A DNA stretch of 62,146 nucleotides, counting the filler. It is 4 parts of 4 records of this genome, joined end to end, with 100 filler letters (N's around TTAATTAATTAA, not from the genome) between each part and the next. Parts side by side here need not be neighbours in the genome. Positions count along the whole stretch, not along the records: positions 56,844 to 62,146 come from SRR31156797_565; 3 more parts are not named here. One strand, given 5' to 3'. Position numbers and translations under genes: made by a program. The notes beneath the pieces were generated by a model that was given only the letters and a program-made list of their open reading frames with translations, did not search any database and had not been told where the DNA came from. This document shows positions 59,571 to 62,146 of the stretch, in pieces. Every line of letters begins with the position of its first letter. Position 1 is the stretch's first letter.

Positions 59571-60779
59571 ATGATGAAACGATTTACAAAATGGGCTGTT
59601 CTATTATTGTTGGTATTGATGCTTACCCTGCCGCAGGTGGTCTTTGCAGATGATTTTTTTGATACAATAGATAGTTCCGTTACAACAGATTCGGATACGG
59701 GGATCAGTTCCTTTGATACAACAATCAATGGTGCAAGGGTAACAGGCAGCTGGTTCGATTCAGATCTCGACGGAAATCTTGATGACGGGGAATCTATGAA
59801 TGATCAGGTTATGATTTATAACAGGGGGGGGGACCTTGAGCTGACATCGGATTCGGGCGTACAAAATAGGGACCAACTTGAAACCTGGGCCGAAGAAAAC
59901 GCGGAAACCATACTGGGCATTATTTTTCCAGGTGGGCTTGAAGACGCAACCGGGATGACCAGCGACGCTATTTTAACCAAGGCAACATTCGATAAAAAGA
60001 TGTTTCAAAAGGCAATGACTGCTGTTCAGCAACAACAGGCGCTTTCAGAATTTAAAGGCGTCCTTGAATATCAGCATCTCGACGTTAATGATAGTTCGGG
60101 TAATGCATATTCTCTGGTTTTGGGATATACTAATACTATGGAATCGGGCTTTGAACTTGGATTTACCTTGCCTTATCGCTATGCAGACCTTTCAGACGAC
60201 ATTGATACCAAATCCCATTATCTTGGGTTGGATATTTACGGGAAAAAAGCGATAATGGAATGGGATGATATGGAGTGGAGCTTGGGTGGCGAGCTTTTTG
60301 GGTCCATTACCTATGTCCAATCAGATGCCATCGAACATCTGGGAAGTTTAAAATATGGCGCCGGTATTTTTACCTCTTTTGTCAAAGAGTTTACAAAGGG
60401 GGTTCTCAGCGTTGGCCTGGATGTAAAAATTTCTGAAGCATATATTCCCTCAAGCCTGGTAGACGATAATGATAATACATATATCGAAGAAGGTATTGAA
60501 TATGTAAACGACCTGGATTGTGTTACAACTATCACTTATGGTGTCAACTACGGTATTCCTTTCATGAATGATACCATGGCCGTCAACGTGGAAGTGATCC
60601 GGTCCGATTATATCAGCAGTGACATTGACTCGGACAGAGATTCTTCGACGACTGCCGGCGTCTACTATTCTTATTTCCCTACAGACACATTTAGCCTGGA
60701 TGTGGGTGTTTACAATACCTTTGAACTTGAGGATATTGATGTGCTGGGGTTTGTGGTTGGTGCAATCTTTAAATTTTAA
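59571..60779 (+). CDS. Outer-membrane beta-barrel protein with acidic N-terminal domain
   Basis: Signal peptide; alternating aromatic/hydrophobic strands; C-terminal Phe (GAIFKF); DSDLDGNLDDGE loop. Confidence 0.7.
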   Translation: MMKRFTKWAVLLLLVLMLTLPQVVFADDFFDTIDSSVTTDSDTGISSFDTTINGARVTGSWFDSDLDGNLDDGESMNDQVMIYNRGGDLELTSDSGVQNRDQLETWAEENAETILGIIFPGGLEDATGMTSDAILTKATFDKKMFQKAMTAVQQQQALSEFKGVLEYQHLDVNDSSGNAYSLVLGYTNTMESGFELGFTLPYRYADLSDDIDTKSHYLGLDIYGKKAIMEWDDMEWSLGGELFGSITYVQSDAIEHLGSLKYGAGIFTSFVKEFTKGVLSVGLDVKISEAYIPSSLVDDNDNTYIEEGIEYVNDLDCVTTITYGVNYGIPFMNDTMAVNVEVIRSDYISSDIDSDRDSSTTAGVYYSYFPTDTFSLDVGVYNTFELEDIDVLGFVVGAIFKF

Positions 60780-60796
60780 TATTACCACCTGCAAGG

Positions 60797-61963
60797 ATGG
60801 GAATCATGATATTTATTTTTTCGGTTTTCAAACGATGTTTGCACTTGGTCTCAGTCTGCATGATTTTGATGCTTTTCTCAAGTCAGGGGGCAGCATCGGA
60901 ATTTGTCAAGGCGGAGGGCAGTGGCGAAACCAAAAATGAATCCCTTTATGATGCCCAGCGCAATGCAGTATCCCAGGTGCTCGGGGTGATGCTTTCAAGC
61001 CAGACCATGGTTGAGAATTTTGTCCTCCTTGAGGACAAAATTCTCACCAAGGTTAAGGGATATGTTAAAGAATATAATATTATTTCCCAGACATGCAGTC
61101 AGGCAGGTTGTACATCAATCATCAGTGCAAGGGTGGAGGAGGCTGAACTTGCTGATGACGTGGCTGCCCTGACTCATATCCTTCCCCGGATGAATTTTCC
61201 CACCATTGTGGTTTCTGTGGCCCAGAAGGCATTGACAACGCAGTTGGGACGTATTGGCCTTGACATGTCTACGGTTGAGCTTGCCATGGGAAGAAATATG
61301 TCGGCCAAGGGCTTTAGGGTTGCCGAAGCATCTGCGCTGGAGGCAGAAAAACTGCGCCAGTCAAACCTTGCCAAGATGACGGGAAATACACTGGGCAGTG
61401 CATTGGAAATTGCAAGTCACCTGGCCCAGGTCATTGTTTCCGGTCAGGCGGTGGTTCAGGATAACGGGGCATCTCCCTTCAATGACAGAATTCATTCCTA
61501 CGGTGCATTTCTCTCAGTTAAAGCCTATCAGACAGGAACAGGCCAGTTGCTGGCTTCAGCATCGGCCGAGGCCAATGCTCCCCACCACAGCTTTGCCATT
61601 GGTTCCCAGAAAGTACTGGAAATGGCTGCCGGCAAGGCTGTTGAGAAATTATCCGATCAAATCATCCAGGCTTGGTTGGACGATTGCTACAATGATAATG
61701 ATATTACCCTGGTTGTGGAAAATATTCCATTTGGCAAGCTCGGCAAGTTAAAAAAGAAGATTATATCCGAAATAAATGGGGTCTCCCGGATCAGCCAGAG
61801 AAGCTACCTCCGAAAAAGAGCGGAACTGCTTGTCGGTTGGCGTAATTGCAATACACAGCGATTTGCTGAAAAAATTTCAGAGAGACCGGCCATGGCCAAA
61901 CTGATCGAAATCACGGAAGTCCAGGGAAATATTATTCGGTGTATCTATTCGGCTGTAAACTGA
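60797..61963 (+). CDS. Exported FlgT-N/LPP20-like protein
   Basis: VKAEGSG...DAQRNAVSQVLGV.LSSQT.V.N.....D.I.....GYVK pattern typical of FlgT N-terminal domains. Confidence 0.6.
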   Translation: MGIMIFIFSVFKRCLHLVSVCMILMLFSSQGAASEFVKAEGSGETKNESLYDAQRNAVSQVLGVMLSSQTMVENFVLLEDKILTKVKGYVKEYNIISQTCSQAGCTSIISARVEEAELADDVAALTHILPRMNFPTIVVSVAQKALTTQLGRIGLDMSTVELAMGRNMSAKGFRVAEASALEAEKLRQSNLAKMTGNTLGSALEIASHLAQVIVSGQAVVQDNGASPFNDRIHSYGAFLSVKAYQTGTGQLLASASAEANAPHHSFAIGSQKVLEMAAGKAVEKLSDQIIQAWLDDCYNDNDITLVVENIPFGKLGKLKKKIISEINGVSRISQRSYLRKRAELLVGWRNCNTQRFAEKISERPAMAKLIEITEVQGNIIRCIYSAVN

Positions 61964-61977
61964 TTGACAGAAGGTTT

Positions 61978-62145
61978 TTAAAGGCGCCCTGTATGAGATA
62001 ACTCTTCCAGGCCTTTTTGATCTAAAATCAAAATTTTTTTTCCATCAGCCTTAATAAATTCGGCCTGGCCCATCTTTTTGAATACACGGGAAATGGTCTC
62101 AGGCGTTGTCCCGATAAGGCTTGCCAGTTGAACCTTGGAAACAGG
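61978..62145 (-). CDS. C-terminal HTH of a Crp/Fnr family regulator, truncated by the window edge; absent from the ORF track
   Basis: Manual translation PVSKVQLASLIGTTPETISRVFKKM...TGRL* with the Crp-type 'G.T.ET.SR' recognition helix. Confidence 0.85.
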   Translation of the reverse strand, partial: PVSKVQLASLIGTTPETISRVFKKMGQAEFIKADGKKILILDQKGLEELSHTGRL

Positions 62146-62146
62146 C

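Noticed and set aside
1-62146. CRISPR array, rRNA, integrase or transposase genes
   Set aside because: I saw no regularly spaced repeat-spacer pattern, rRNA signature or recombinase motif by eye

Overview
The window is not one continuous replicon. It is four contigs joined by three identical 100-nt artificial linkers (44 N + TTAATTAATTAA + 44 N) at 11617-11716, 26653-26752 and 56744-56843. Contigs 1 (1-11616) and 3 (26753-56743) are housekeeping DNA of a Methanosarcinaceae methanogen (Methanolobus-like by inference). They carry RNase P RNA, hdrED, mcm, birA, the cbi cobalamin genes, feoAB(C), trpDFEG, a CHASE/PAS two-component module, tRNA-Cys plus cysS, a corrinoid protein, nadM and fpoF. 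Contigs 2 and 4 are bacterial (Gram-negative; Desulfobacterales-like is a guess). Contig 2 (11717-26652) holds the strongest candidate for an undescribed system, a RiPP-type operon. It encodes an NHLP/BMA_0021-like 161-aa precursor ending in ...IILTSC, a 1757-aa pseudokinase-NTPase-GAF-PP2C signalling protein, a CX7CX2C B12-type radical SAM enzyme and a TruD/PatD-like YcaO heterocyclase. A convergent ABC exporter lies downstream, and its fused M1 peptidase domain has lost its zinc ligands. Contig 4 (56844-62146) holds a second candidate. A secreted 36-aa-repeat Asn/Gly/Lys-rich protein reminiscent of Fap/curli amyloid subunits is transcribed divergently from a GIN-domain protein, two CsgG-like proteins, an outer-membrane barrel and an FlgT-like protein. 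Smaller observations in the archaeal DNA are an unannotated structured ncRNA of about 190 nt, a tRNA-Cys with an atypical A73 just upstream of cysS, and two genes that apparently start at ATA. All family assignments are by eye and memory; no searches were run.
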